Notes under the pieces: generated by a model | What the model saw: the letters and a program-made list of their open reading frames with translations, nothing else | Database searches by the model: none | Told to the model about the DNA's origin: nothing | Shown: positions 52,201-64,000 of the stretch, one piece after another | Layout of the letters: each line of letters begins with the position of its first letter | Position numbering within the stretch: position 1 is the first letter of the stretch | Origin: Takakia lepidozioides | Taxonomy: Eukaryota; Plantae; Bryophyta | Assembly: GCA_030704615.1 (NCBI GenBank) | Contig: CM060732.1 | Location: forward strand, 45,260,001-45,324,000 | Length of the DNA: 64,000 nucleotides | Reading direction: 5' to 3' | Made by a program: the position numbers and the translations under genes

Positions 52201-54398
52201 TTTTGAAAATGAGGCCTCTCAAGAACGGGAGGAATCTGAGGAGTCGGAGCCCGAGGAATCCCTGAGAGCTCCGACAGACCAACAGATGTCTCCCATGCCA
52301 TGAGCCTTTTGGGAAGGGCTGTTGGCGCAGTTTGGCGGGACGTTGAAAGACGTATTGAAGGCGGCTAATGTCACTTCCACTAAGGCAAAGTTTAAGGTGA
52401 AGCCTAAGGAACCCGGCACCTTCGAGGGCGTCCGAAATCGGGAGGCACTCAACACCTGGTTCTTGGAGCTAGAGCAGTACTTCCGGGCGGCCAAGTTGAG
52501 TGATGAGGATTGGGTGGAAGTGGCTTCCACCTATTTGAGGGGCTATGCTCAACAATGGTGACAGAAACACCTTCACGACCGAGGTCCAAACCCGGAAACC
52601 TTGAACTGGAGTGGGTTCAAGGAACCGATGAAGAGACAGTTTGTGCCCCTCAACGCGTCCTGGCTCGCCCGGGACAAGATGAGGAATCTAAAGCAAACGG
52701 ATGACATTCGGGGATATGTTCAAGCTTTTAATGTGCTGTTGCTCGAAGTCGCGGACATGGCAGAACCAGAAATGGTCTTCAACTTTGTGGCGGGACTGGC
52801 CCCATGGGCCAGGCGGAAGTTGGAGGAGAAGCCACCTACGACTTTGAAGGAGGCAATTGAGAGGGCTGAATGTTTCTCGAATGTCTCTAGGGGCGAAAGA
52901 CAAGGCCGTACGGAGCTGAACCACAAGAAGACCCGGCGGGAGGGTGACTCTTTTCGACCGGAAAATAAGTGGGATAGGCCACGCGGCGACAATGACACGT
53001 GGAAATCAAAGGGAGGGCCTTCACACGCCAAGATGACACCCGGTGCTCCAAAAGAAAAATCAGGTGCGACGCCTTACAGCGGATAAAAGGCGACCTTCGA
53101 TGGAGTGTGCTTCAATTGTGGGGAGCCCGGGCACATGACCAAGAAGTGTACGAATCCCCGACAATTGAACATGACTCGGGCAACCACGGAGTTGTCCAAA
53201 GCTTCCATCAGCCGCTTGGTGGAGGCGGTGGTCGCCAAGACTTGCAAGGTAGGCAACTACTCTTGTGAGTTGTATCAGGAAACTGACGCTTTGCATAAAG
53301 GGAGTCAGTTAATGTTTGTGAGTGGGATAATCTCTGGAACTAACGTGTCGTTGTTGGTGGACACAATAGCATCGCACTCCTTCATGACATCGGCAACGAC
53401 ACGGAAGCTGGGACTCCCGACAAGTGATGTGGGGGTTGTTATTGAGTTGCGTTTTGCTAAAGGAGAACCACAATTGGCGACAAGATTGGCGTTCGATGTT
53501 CCTCTTCAGCTCGGGAGTTGGGAGAGACGTGAGAATTCACCATTTGCGAGATCGATGGAGTGGATCTCATTTTGGGGATGACCTTTTTGAGCAGATCCGG
53601 AGCGGTCATAAATGACTGTAAGAGAGTAGTCACACTACCGTGTGGGAATGGTGGCGAAGTTTTACGAGTGTTGGAAACACCCAACCCCGTGGGAGGGCGA
53701 ATAAACCTTCTGTCAACAAATGAGTGGGCCGTGGAGGAGTCACACGAGCCCCAGTTTTTGCTTTATGTAAGACAAGTGAAGGGGGAAGGCGATGGGGAGC
53801 CGAGCCCAGATTGGATCAAGGGGATTTTGGAGAAATACCAAGATGTGATGCCGGAGGATTTACCAAGCGGCTTGCCATCGCGAAGGGGAGTTGACCACAA
53901 GATTGAGGTGATACCGGGATCGGAGCCGCCTGCCAAGGCGCCCTATCGGTTGAGCCACAGAGAGTTGGTCGAGCTGAAGACTCAGCTCAAGGATCTAATG
54001 TCAAAGGGGTACATCCAACCGAGTAAGTCACATTATGGAGCCCCGGTGCTATTCGCAGACAAGAAGGATGGGACGCTGCGAACCCGGGGGGTGCACTCTT
54101 CATAAAAGGACCATATCACGTGCGTGCATTAGTCAATAAAAAAAACCCATGTATATAGGTTACTTCATGAATTTATCATATGTATACATACATTTTAAAA
54201 TTTATTAAACCCCTTAAAGTATATATATATATTTAATGGATAACAACACCCTGCTGTATGTATTCATGTGTTGATTCAGAATATAATAAACCCTTTATTT
54301 ATGTACAATTTTTAATACAAAATTGTGACAAAATTTTTACATCAGATTTAAAAAATATTTAAAATAACTTGTATAACAAATAAAAATTAGTGTCAAAT

Positions 54399-54655
54399 TT
54401 ATTTTCCATTGATGAAATTGTTAAAAACTGTTTTATCATTTGGATCGAGCTTATACCTATTAGAGGCTGCATCATACTTTAAAAAAGCTAATGCTATGAT
54501 AGACTCTAGATCAACCATCATATTGTCCGTCAAAATCATAGGAGTAAAATCATCCTTTCACTTTTTCGTACCAAGCTAAATCTATTTCTACATTGGAAGG
54601 CCGAATCAACAAATCAATTGGATCCTTATACTCAATTCGTCGATTATTGACTTTT
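54399..54655 (-). pseudogene. Probable transposase C-terminus remnant
   Basis: KVNNRRIEYKDPIDLLIRPSNVEIDLAWYEKV..YD.TDNMMVDLESIIALAFLKYDAASNRYKLDPNDKTVFNNFINGK*. Aligns by eye with KYDSSDIQWIDVDTIILTVTMAFEPSQNLYS.DPSDDAALIEFVANEN* at 29265-29415. Confidence 0.6.
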
Positions 54656-54711
54656 CGACGCATTTTCTGAACCCTACCCAAATACCAAAAACCTTTTGTC
54701 ACCTCATGACA

Positions 54712-54821
54712 CCTCATGTCAGACTGTGTCGTGAGGGGATACTTGAGGACCTCATAATGATGAAGCTTGTTCCTGGCAGGGGGCTGAGGCGAGGATACTT
54801 GGGTGTACGGCCTCTCTTCAC
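54712..54821 (-). pseudogene. RPL23A: Captured fragment of 60S ribosomal protein L23a (uL23)
   Basis: KRGRTPKYPRLS-(1-nt frameshift)-PARNKLHHYEVLKYPLTTQSDMR matches the plant L23a signature PKYPR.SAP.RNKLD.Y.ILKYPLTTESAMK. Confidence 0.85.
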
Positions 54822-54899
54822 CTGTGTATAAACCATGAATACAACCTCAGCCTTGCTACTAGCAGCTGCAGCAGCTGAGACTGACGGCGTGAAGGTCTT

Positions 54900-57320
54900 C
54901 CAGCAAACACCCCAACCCTACCTACAGTAACATATCAAAATCACTACAAAACACCATAGATCGACCAACGAGCTTCTCCTCATCTATGTTATTTGTTTTT
55001 GGATACTTTCATGCTGCCACATCGGTAGTAACTTGTCAAAGTCACTCCTAACCACCACATATCCACCCAACAAGCTAACTTAAAGAATTCAATATGCATC
55101 TCAGGGCCAAGTCTGATGAGAGGGTAAAACAAGACCTCTTGTGTGTGCAGCTTGTGTATGCAGCGTTCAGAATGACATCTGATAATCTGACAGGTGCCAA
55201 CGTTGTCCCACCATTGACTGGGGTCAGAAAAATATTTATACCACAGCTTCTCCTTATCTTTGTTACCTGTTTAATTTGGATACTTTCCTGTTGTCACATA
55301 GGCTGTATCATGTCAAAGTCACTCCAAACTACCAAAGTATCAGCTAACATGCAGAATTCAACATGGAAATTTAGGGCAGATTCTGATAAGAGGGGAAAAC
55401 GGGGTGGAATGTGTAAAAAATGTGCCTTCTCCTCATCCATGTTATCTGTTTTTGGTTACTTTCCTGCTGCCACACTAGCAGTAACTTGTCAAAGTCTCTC
55501 CTAACCACCACAGATCCACACAACAAACTAACTTCCAGAATTCAATATGCATCTCAGGGCCGAGTCTGCAGCATTCAGAATGACATCTGATAATTTGCAG
55601 GCATTCACCTTTTTGCCTCGTTTGTCCCACCATTGGCTGGGGTCAGAAAAGTATTCATCCCACAACTTCTCCTCATATTTGTTTACCTGTTTTGGATACT
55701 TTCATGTGTCACATTGGCAATATCATGTCAAAGTCACTCCAAACTACCATTAAAGGTTCACTCACAACTAACTTGCAAAATTCAACATGGAAAATTAGGG
55801 CAGATTCTGATAAGAGGGGAAAACAAGGTGAAATGTGTTGAAGAAGGTGCCTTCTCCTCATCTATGTTATCTATTATTGGATACTTTCCTGCTGCCACAT
55901 CGGCAGTAACTTGTCAAAGTCACTCCTAACCACCACATATCCACCCAACGAGCTAACTTACATAGTTCAATATGCATCTTAGGGCCGAATCTGATGAGAG
56001 GGTAAAACAGACAGAAATAGGTTGAAGAAAAAGGTGCCCTCACCACATTGTCCTTGACCTTGTGTCATGACCCATGGAGGATTTCACCGAACATCAACCC
56101 TAAAGAACCTCTTGTGTGTGCAGCTTGTGTGTGCAGCCTTCAAAACATCTGGTAATCTGCAGGCATTCACCTTTTTGCATCGTTTGTCCCACAATTGGCT
56201 GGGGTCAGAAAAGTATTCATCCCACAGCTTCTCCTCATCTCTGTTTACCTGTTTTTTGATACTTTCCTGTGTCACATTGGCAGTATCATGTCAAAGTCAC
56301 TCCAAACTACCATTAAAGGTTCACTCAATCAACTAACTTGCAGAATTCAACATGAAAATGTAGGGCAGATTCTGATAAGCGGGGAAAACATGGTGAAATG
56401 TGTTGAAGAAGGTGCTTCTCCTACCCTATGTGATCTGTTTTTGGATACTTTCCTGCTGCCACATCAGCAGTAACTTGTCAAAGTCACTCCTAACCACCAC
56501 GGATCCCCCAGCGAGCTAACTTACAGAGTTCAATACGCATCTCAAGGCCGAGTCTGATGAGAGGGTAAAACATGCAGAAATAGGTTGAAGAAGAAGATGC
56601 ACTCACCACATTGTCCTTGACCTTGTGTCATGACCCATGGAGGATTTTACCGAACATCAACCCTAAAGAATCTCTTATGTGTGCAGCTTGTGCCTGAAGC
56701 CTTAAGAATGATATCTGGTAATCTGTAGGGATTCACCTTTTTGCCTTGTTTGTCCCACCATTGGCTGGGGTCGTTCATCCCACAGCTTCTTCTCATCTCT
56801 GTTTACCTGTTTTTGGATACCTTCCTGTGTCACATTGGCAGTATCATTTCAAAGTCACTCCAAACTACCAAAGGTTCACTCAACCAGCTACCTTGCAGAA
56901 TTCAACATAGAAATGTCGGGCCGATTCTGATAAGAGGGGAAAACAGAGTGAAATGTGTTGAAGAAGGTGCCTTCTCCTCAACTATGTTATCTGTTTTTGG
57001 ATACTTTCCTGCTATCCCATGGCAATAACTTGTCAAAGTCACCACCACAGATCCACCCAACGAGCTAAAGTATAGAATTCATGCATCTCAGGGCCGAGTC
57101 TGATGAGAGGGGAAAACAGGCAGAAATAGGTCAAAGAAGAAGCTGCCCTCACCACGTTGTTCTTGACCTTGTGTCATGACCCATGGAGGATTTGACCGAC
57201 CATCAACCCAAAAGGACCTCTAGTGTGTGTTGCTTGTGTCTGTAGTCAGGTATTGTCGGATTTCTCTGTGAGAACCACCACGGTGCAGCTAGGCAGATAG
57301 AGATTGACACACGGCCTGCC
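54900..57320 (-). repeat. Tandem array of PDF-motif/linker units, about 4.5 copies of a 410-565 bp unit
   Basis: Marker gaatgacatctg(a/g)taat at about 55170, 55578, 56143 and 56706. Each unit encodes a DEEKLWDEYFSDPSQWWDKRGKK-like segment, and the longer units also a HTQE..VDVR.NPPWVMTQG-like segment. Confidence 0.88.
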
Positions 57321-60300
57321 CCAACTTGCGCGCAACAGAAGAAGACAAGGTGAGCGCGTTGCAGAAGAGGACGAGGACGAGGACGATGACGAGGTCTGCG
57401 CGGCGGATAGGGCTTAGTGCTAGGCGGGAAAAAAAAAACATCTCAAAAAGAATTTGAGCACAGGATGCTGCGGCTGGCGAACGAAGACCTTATCAGTACG
57501 CTACACACTAACATCTACAACATTACCTCATATATATATATTTTAGGACTTTTCCAACCCTTTTGTATATACATAGTTTTGTATGTGGGGATATTAATAA
57601 ACCCCATTCTGTTCACGCACGTGATAGGTACATTAAACCTTGGTGCACCCCCCGGGGCTGCGGATGTGTGTCGATTACAGGGCCCTGAATAAGGTGACTA
57701 TCAAGAACCGGTACCCTTTGCTAAGGATCGACGATCTCTTCGATCGGTTGGCAGAAGCGAAGTATTTCAGCCGGATCGATTTTCGCTTCGGGTACCATCA
57801 AATCCGAGTGGCGGAAGGAGATGAGGAGAAAACCGCGTGCAGGTCAAGATATTGTTCGTATGAGTTCTTGGTGATGCTTTTTGGCCTCACCAACGCACCC
57901 GCGACCTTTAGCACGCTAATGAACAACCTTTTCCAGGAGTGGCTGGATGTCTTTGTGATTATGTACATCGACGACATCTTGGTGTACTCGAAAACAAAGG
58001 AAGAGCACCTGGAGCACCTCAAAAGGGTGTTCCAGAAATTGCGGGAAGGGAAGCTGTATGCCAGAGCTTCAAAGTGCAAATTCGGGGTCACAAAAGTGGA
58101 GTTCCTAGGGCATGTGATTACACAGGATGGGATCAAAATGGATGACAGAAAGGTGATGGCAATCTTGGACTGGGAACCTCCGACTTCGGTCCCGGGAGTG
58201 CGATCCTTCCTAGGACTCGTCTCCTATTACCGAAAGTATGTGAGAAATTTTGCCAAGATCGCAGGGCCGCTGTCAGACCTTCTGTGTAAATCCAAGGTAT
58301 GGGTATGGAACACCTTTTGTGGCCAAGCTTTTGCCGAGTTGAAGCAGCGGATGGTGGAAGCTCCAGTCTTGAAAATCCCGGAGTTCGACCGCCCGTTTGA
58401 GATTCATACAGATGCGTCGGACTTCGCGATTGGGGATGTATAATGCAAGATGGACGTCCAGTGGCTTCCGAAAGTAAGAAACTGAATGAAGTGGAGCGAC
58501 GGTGGCCAACGCATGAGAAAGAGATGAAGGTGGTGGTGCATTGCCTTGAGCTTTGGCGCCACTGTATTGGTTCCAATCCGGTGAAGGTATTCACGGACAA
58601 TGTCACGGTGAAGTATTTTGCCACGCAGCCTAAGTTGTCCCCAAAACAAATTAGGTGGCAAGACACTTTGGCACTGTTCGACGTGGATATCCAATACAAA
58701 CCGGGACGGGACAATGTGGTGGCCGATGCTTTAAGTAGAAAACAACAGCTTTTGTTGGTGTACAGGGGCGAGACGACCCTCCAAAGGAAGATCTGGAAGG
58801 CTTACCGGAAGGATGAGATGGCGAAGTCCGTGATGCGGGACTTGAGGATGGGGGTTAAATCGCAGTTCCACTTGCAAAATGGACTGCTCCGGTATAAGCA
58901 AAAACGTCTCTAGGTGCCGAAAGGAGGGATCAGAGATAGTCTCTTGAGAGAATGTCATGATGGCCCGCTTGCGGGCCATGGCGAAGCCAAGCGCACCGCT
59001 GCACTCTTGAAGAAAGAATATTTCTGGCCCAAACTGAGGGAGGAGGCCGAGGAGTATGTCAAGACATGCACCACATGCCAACAAAACCGGAGCGAGTACA
59101 AGAAGCAAGCGGGGCTGTTACAACCCTTGCCGATTCCAGAGGGGTCTTGGGAAAGTGTCTCGATGGATTTCATGACTGCTATGCCGCTGTCAAAAGGATT
59201 CGATGCAATCATGGTGGTGGTGGATAGGTTCAGTAAAATGGGTCATTTCATCCCCACCAAGGAGACGATAACGACACAGGAGACGTGACGACTTTACTTC
59301 GCCCATGTCTTCAAGCATCATGGACTCCCGAAGGATATTGTCTCGGACCGCGATCCAAAGTTTACAAGTAAATTTTGGAGGGCACTTTGGAAGAAGATGG
59401 GGACGAGGCTCAAGATGAGCACCGCCTTCCGACCTACGACGGACGGCCAAACGGAAAGGGTAAATTCCGTGGTGAAGCAAATCTTGCGGAATTACGTGTC
59501 GGCGGACCAATCGGACTGGGTGGAGCACTTGGACGCGATAGAGTTCTGATATAATAACACAAAACACTCCGCAACGGGTGTTTTCCCTTTCGTATTGGTC
59601 TATGAAAAGCACCTCTAGTGCCGACAAATTGGGCTGCTCAAGACGTTGAGGAACCAGCAGCAACAGCGGTGTTGGAGGAACGCGAGCGCTTGTTGAAGCT
59701 CACAAAGTACAACATTGCCAAAGCTAGGAAACGGTATGAATGGCAGACAAATCGGAAGCGGAAGGAAGTCAAGTTTGAGGTAGGCACGGAGGTCTGGTTG
59801 AACATCAAGAATTTTCGACTACCTCCAGAAGTGAATCCGAAGTCGTATCTCCGTATGCGGGGCCCTTTCGCATCCGGAGAGTTATGAATGAGGATGTGTA
59901 TGAATTGGAGCTGCCGGCAAACAGCAAGATGCATCCGGTATTCCACGTCTCTTTTTTGAAGCCTTACTTCAAAGATGAAGCGCGTCCGAATCGGCATCAA
60001 GTGTTTCGTCCACCACCTATGCTGTTGGATCATGAAAATGAATCTGAGTACGAGGTGGAGACAGTGCTTAAGTCGAGGAGGTTCAAGAAACGGAGTATCG
60101 TGAAATGGAAGGGCTATCATCATGTGGAGGCATCTTGGGTGCGTGCCTCAGAAATGGAAAACGCATCCGAGAGAAATTACATTCCCATCACTGCACCATA
60201 CAAGCAAATAACATTGTTGTAAGACCGAAACACCAATACAAAAGCTTAGTCACTCCAACTCAAGGGATTGTTGACTACGGCTGACTAGAAGATCGTTCAA

Positions 60301-60749
60301 AGCTACCCACGAAGCAATTCTCAAAGACAGTGAGAGTGCAACCAGGGTGCCAATTGCTTTCAAACTGATGATCTCACTTTTGGCGACGAGAAGATGCTTG
60401 TGTTGGGAGCGCATGAAGCACTTCTCAGAATCTAGTGAGAGGTAGCCCGCACAATATTCTCCTTCCTCCTTCGAGCACTAGAGCACATTGAGCGTGTGGT
60501 CAAAAGCTCTCGGTGTATGTTTGACTTGACCAATAAGAGTTCTTTCTATGTGGTGTTTCGACACGCTTCACTGTTTGACTGGTTATATTAAGACTGACCA
60601 ATCATGCCTAGAAAAACAATACAATTGTTTAATTAGAAATATTACTGCGGAGAAGGCAAAGAACGAAAGGGGGAGACGTGCCGAGCGCAGATGAGCGAGG
60701 AAGATTGCTGCAGAGGAGGCGGTGAGGAGGAATTGGGGAGGTGCGTGGG

Positions 60750-61805
60750 ATGACGCTGGCTGCATTCGGGTCTCTCGCATCGAGATCCATCTCTCCCGTC
60801 ACGTTTTTCTCGCAATCACAAGTGTTTGGGTCCTCAAATTTGCAGTTAAGGTCAGTGGGTCCTTTCAGTGCTGGGGGGTGTTGGGGGGGGGTTGCCAAGG
60901 GCGGTCGCATCTGCATTCAAGCAGGGTTTGGTGGTGAAATGACATCAATCCCGGCAGAACCGTATGCGTATCCTCTGCACCGGTGTAAGATCATTCATGT
61001 GGTGAGGCACGGGCAGGGGTTCCATAATGTGGCAGGGGAGGAGAACCGGCAGGATTACGAGTCGTGGGATTATTTTGATTCGAGCCTGACTCCTCTTGGA
61101 TGGGAGCAGGTGGATGCGCTGCACGAGCATGTCCGGCGCACACATGCGAGGGACAGTGTTGAGTTAGTGGTTGTCTCTCCGTTGCTGCGGACGATGCAGA
61201 CAGCAGCGGGGGTATTTGGAAGTGGGGATTTGCACGACGGGGAAACGGAGCACTCAGCTTTGATGGTGGCTGGGGTGGGGCAGGTGGCACATGCTCCCAT
61301 CTCCAGTTCTGGTGCTCCCCCCTTCATCGCCGTGGAGTGGTGCAGGGAGCACAACGGGATTCACCCTTGTGACAAACGACAGTCCGTCAGCTTCTACAGG
61401 ACCAAATTCCCCGCTGTTGATTTCTCCGAGGTGGAAACCGACGAAGACACTTGGTGGAAGCCGTATAATAGGGAAACAGATGAGGAGCTGTACACACGAG
61501 CCAGGACGTTCGTGCAATGGCTGTTGAATCGCAAAGAGAAGGAAATCGCAGTTGTGTCTCACAGCAGCTTTATCTATCACATGCTGCATCTTTTCGGAGA
61601 GGATTGCTCCGACGTCGTCAAGCAGGAGATGTATCAAGGGTTTCGCAACTGTGAAATGCGCTCCTTGGTGCTTGCAGATAGACATGCCACTGCACCAGCC
61701 AAGATTGCCAGTACAGATTTTGCCGGAGGCATATTGAATGCTACAAGCAGTGTAGGTGTGAGTCCTGCTCAAGAGAGCGAAATCCAAGCCGAAGCTGAGA
61801 GATGA
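60750..61805 (+). CDS. Histidine phosphatase / phosphoglycerate mutase-like protein, intronless, with a likely plastid transit peptide
   Basis: Single ORF with HVVRHGQGFHN (RHG motif), LTPLGWEQ, VVVSPLLRTMQTA, CREHNGIHPCDKR, IAVVSHSSF and FRNCEMRS. Ser-rich N-terminus; second ATG at 60939. Confidence 0.93.
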   Translation: MTLAAFGSLASRSISPVTFFSQSQVFGSSNLQLRSVGPFSAGGCWGGVAKGGRICIQAGFGGEMTSIPAEPYAYPLHRCKIIHVVRHGQGFHNVAGEENRQDYESWDYFDSSLTPLGWEQVDALHEHVRRTHARDSVELVVVSPLLRTMQTAAGVFGSGDLHDGETEHSALMVAGVGQVAHAPISSSGAPPFIAVEWCREHNGIHPCDKRQSVSFYRTKFPAVDFSEVETDEDTWWKPYNRETDEELYTRARTFVQWLLNRKEKEIAVVSHSSFIYHMLHLFGEDCSDVVKQEMYQGFRNCEMRSLVLADRHATAPAKIASTDFAGGILNATSSVGVSPAQESEIQAEAER

Positions 61806-64000
61806 CTGAGACTAGGTTTTAGGCATTCATCAAAGCAGAGCCCCAAGGTTAGCTATGATTTCGAGAACCTTTCTGCTTGATTATCATCCCTCCAATTGTT
61901 GCGGGGGACATTGAATAATTCTTTATTGGCATCCCTATTTGAAGGGAGAGGAATATATGCATCTGTATGAGATTTCCTTCTTGGCTAGATTGCCTTTCCA
62001 GTTTCTGGTTGTTTCAGAAGGATGGCGCTATTCTTTTGACTCAACCCCAACTTCATTGCCTGCAAAGTATGGGCGTTTCCCCTCTCACATGATTTAAGAG
62101 AGAAATTTTGGATTTAACTACAAACTGTAGGCTATTCAATCACTGTGTCACTCTTTTGCACGCCAACTTGTATACATTGTGTGGCACCTCGGACTAGCAG
62201 CATGTGTGTGTGTGGGGTTGGAAGTACAAAGTGGAAGAAAGTCATTTTGCAGATGGACCACAGATGATGTCAGAAAAGGCCAGGTCCATTGTAGAGAGCC
62301 ACACACAAGTCTGGTAGACCCCTGAATGCCTGTCATCTGCAGATTCTACTTTATCAGCCACAGAGAACGAATGTGCCCATTCAAATTGATATTGTAAGTG
62401 TCAGTAGCTTTATAGCAATGCCAAGGTCATGCCCTGTGAATGCTCTGTCCTTGTCATCTCTGACTACTCAACACTCACTGGACAGAGCCCATATGCTCCA
62501 GTGGTTTGGTTCAATGCATTGGTCAGCCCTATCAACAGCTTGGCAAAGGCCTGCATCTATGCAATATGACAGTCCTTTTGCCAAGTTGTGTGCTTGTTTT
62601 ATGTTCTAATCATCTCTTGTAAGTAATTGCGTATGGAGTAAGCAATAGAAGTGCAGGTTCTGGACTATGAAAGATACAGCCATGCCTAAGCTTGTTGCAG
62701 GAGCTGCTGCTACAAACCAAGATTGTGGTACTTGCTTGTTGCAAGAAATTTGCCACGAGAGACCTGAGCAGGATTGATAGAGACAGCTGTTACGAAGGAG
62801 GACAGCCCTCCCAAACAGCATGTGCAGTCAAATCTGTTAAGACTGAGAACAGCAAACATGAGGATGTATGTTTTAGTGTGCTAATCCTCACACTTGTACT
62901 CAGGTTTGATCACTTGGAGGATGAAGTAATGGACTGTACAGCACCTGCAGTGAACAATCAACAGGAGCTCTCAACTCCCATCAACCAATCTTTGTAGTTA
63001 TTTGCTGAGGTCCACAGTGGCACACAAGAGGGATGCTGCAAAATGGGCCATCAGCAAAAGCGTTTGGCTGAATTAACATTACAATGCGCCATTGGCAGCT
63101 TCAGATTTTACAGCAAGGAACAAGCACATTGCAGCTTGTGGTGAAATAAGTGAAGGTGCAGGTAGGGAGGAGGTAAGAGGCAATCATAAATCTGGGCAAT
63201 GTGGCTATTGCATGGTAATCTTGCAACAAGGGATGGAGAGGAGCACATGGCAAAGGATAAAGACAACTCTTGCATCTTCGATCCTTAGAGTGGGAAGGTC
63301 TTAAAATAGGTAGGGAGGAGTAAGAGAGTCACGAATTTGAGCATGATGGCTACACCATGACATACTATGGTGAGCCTAGGGGCCAACCTATGCATCTTTA
63401 AGGAAGGCCATGCTGAGGTGGGGGGTACATTCCTCTCAAGGTAGAACATTTCAACCAAGTTGTGAAGGGAAACTTTCAAAATTTGGTGATACGTCAAGAC
63501 GTCCGGTTCTGCTCAGTTCTTTAAGTGATACAACTATCCTGTAGCAAAATTGCAGTGTTAGACAGTTAAGAAATCTGGGCCCAACACTACTGATGAGACA
63601 TGAGACCCTCTTTCCCTGTTGCAATGACGTGTCCATCCATCCGGCAAAACTCCTGATAATAGCCACACCTTAATACTCTAAAGCTTTTAGTCCGCATGCC
63701 CACAATCTCTAATTGGGTCTAGTAGTCATCAGCTGGAATGATGGATTGACTGGGGCAACATAGAGCATATGAGTGACTGCATTTAAGCTTATGTAACATC
63801 CCAAAAATCCAATATTTCAGTAAATCAGAACCGCTTACCAATTTTTGCCTCTAAACCGATTGTCTTACTGAAATACAAACCCTTCCAGACCACTATGGCC
63901 TACGTTTTACCATGCAGGTTTTCATGCAAGTGCCCGTTGTAGTGCCACAGTTGCTGGATTGTACCACTGATCAGCCAGAGGTTCCAAATAGGAATTTCAA

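Larger units (their letters stand above)
54083..57656 (-). mobile_element. Pack-type TIR DNA transposon with 8-bp TSD (hAT-like) inserted in RT
   Basis: Perfect 14-bp TIR cccggggggtgcac / gtgcaccccccggg; TSD gctgcgaa/gctgcgga. Removal restores [13 protein letters not shown]. Confidence 0.95.
51306..60170 (+). mobile_element. Second chromovirus copy, 3'-truncated (5' LTR 51306-52032, PBS 52035-52046, gag-pol to chromodomain, no 3' LTR)
   Basis: The LTR is the reverse complement of 30780-31505; PBS TGGTATCAGAGC. CFNCGEPGHMTKKC, LLVDTIASHSF, MYIDDIL, IHTDASDF, integrase HHCC and SMDF, and chromodomain. Homology stops at about 60170. Confidence 0.96.

Noticed and set aside
61177-61787. Antisense ORFs over the PGM-like gene
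   Set aside because: Shadow frames of a GC-rich coding sequence.
62000-64000. Short ORFs at the window end
   Set aside because: No recognisable motifs or consistent exon chain.

Overview
Eukaryotic nuclear DNA from a land plant, probably a non-seed plant judging from the PPR and transposon style (inference). All calls were made by eye, with no database searches. The left 28 kb is genic: a tRNA-Glu(CTC) with a degenerate tandem copy, an 11-exon ethanolamine/choline kinase (CEK4-like), a 3-exon COQ4, an 8-exon soluble pyrophosphatase containing a U12-type intron, and a large low-complexity gene with an N-myristoylation motif. LINE, SINE-like and LTR remnants are scattered between these genes. 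The region 28.8-60.2 kb is a nested transposon island. An outer CACTA (30706-51299) holds a Ty3/gypsy chromovirus (30780-44073), which is itself split by a second CACTA (36465-42897); the outer CACTA also holds a third CACTA (44089-50312). Next comes a second, 3'-truncated chromovirus copy (51306-60170), split by an 8-bp-TSD DNA transposon (54083-57656). An intronless histidine-phosphatase (PGM-like) gene follows at 60750-61805. The main observation is that three different DNA-transposon shells carry scrambled and tandemly amplified pieces of one donor gene. In that gene, two OSB-type PDF motifs (ssDNA-binding in OSB proteins) precede a PLS-PPR-E-DYW editing-factor body, and the second motif runs in frame into it. 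Other notable items are a captured RPL23A fragment, a putative spliced antisense ORF driven from the chromovirus 3' LTR, and a restriction-like-endonuclease non-LTR remnant.
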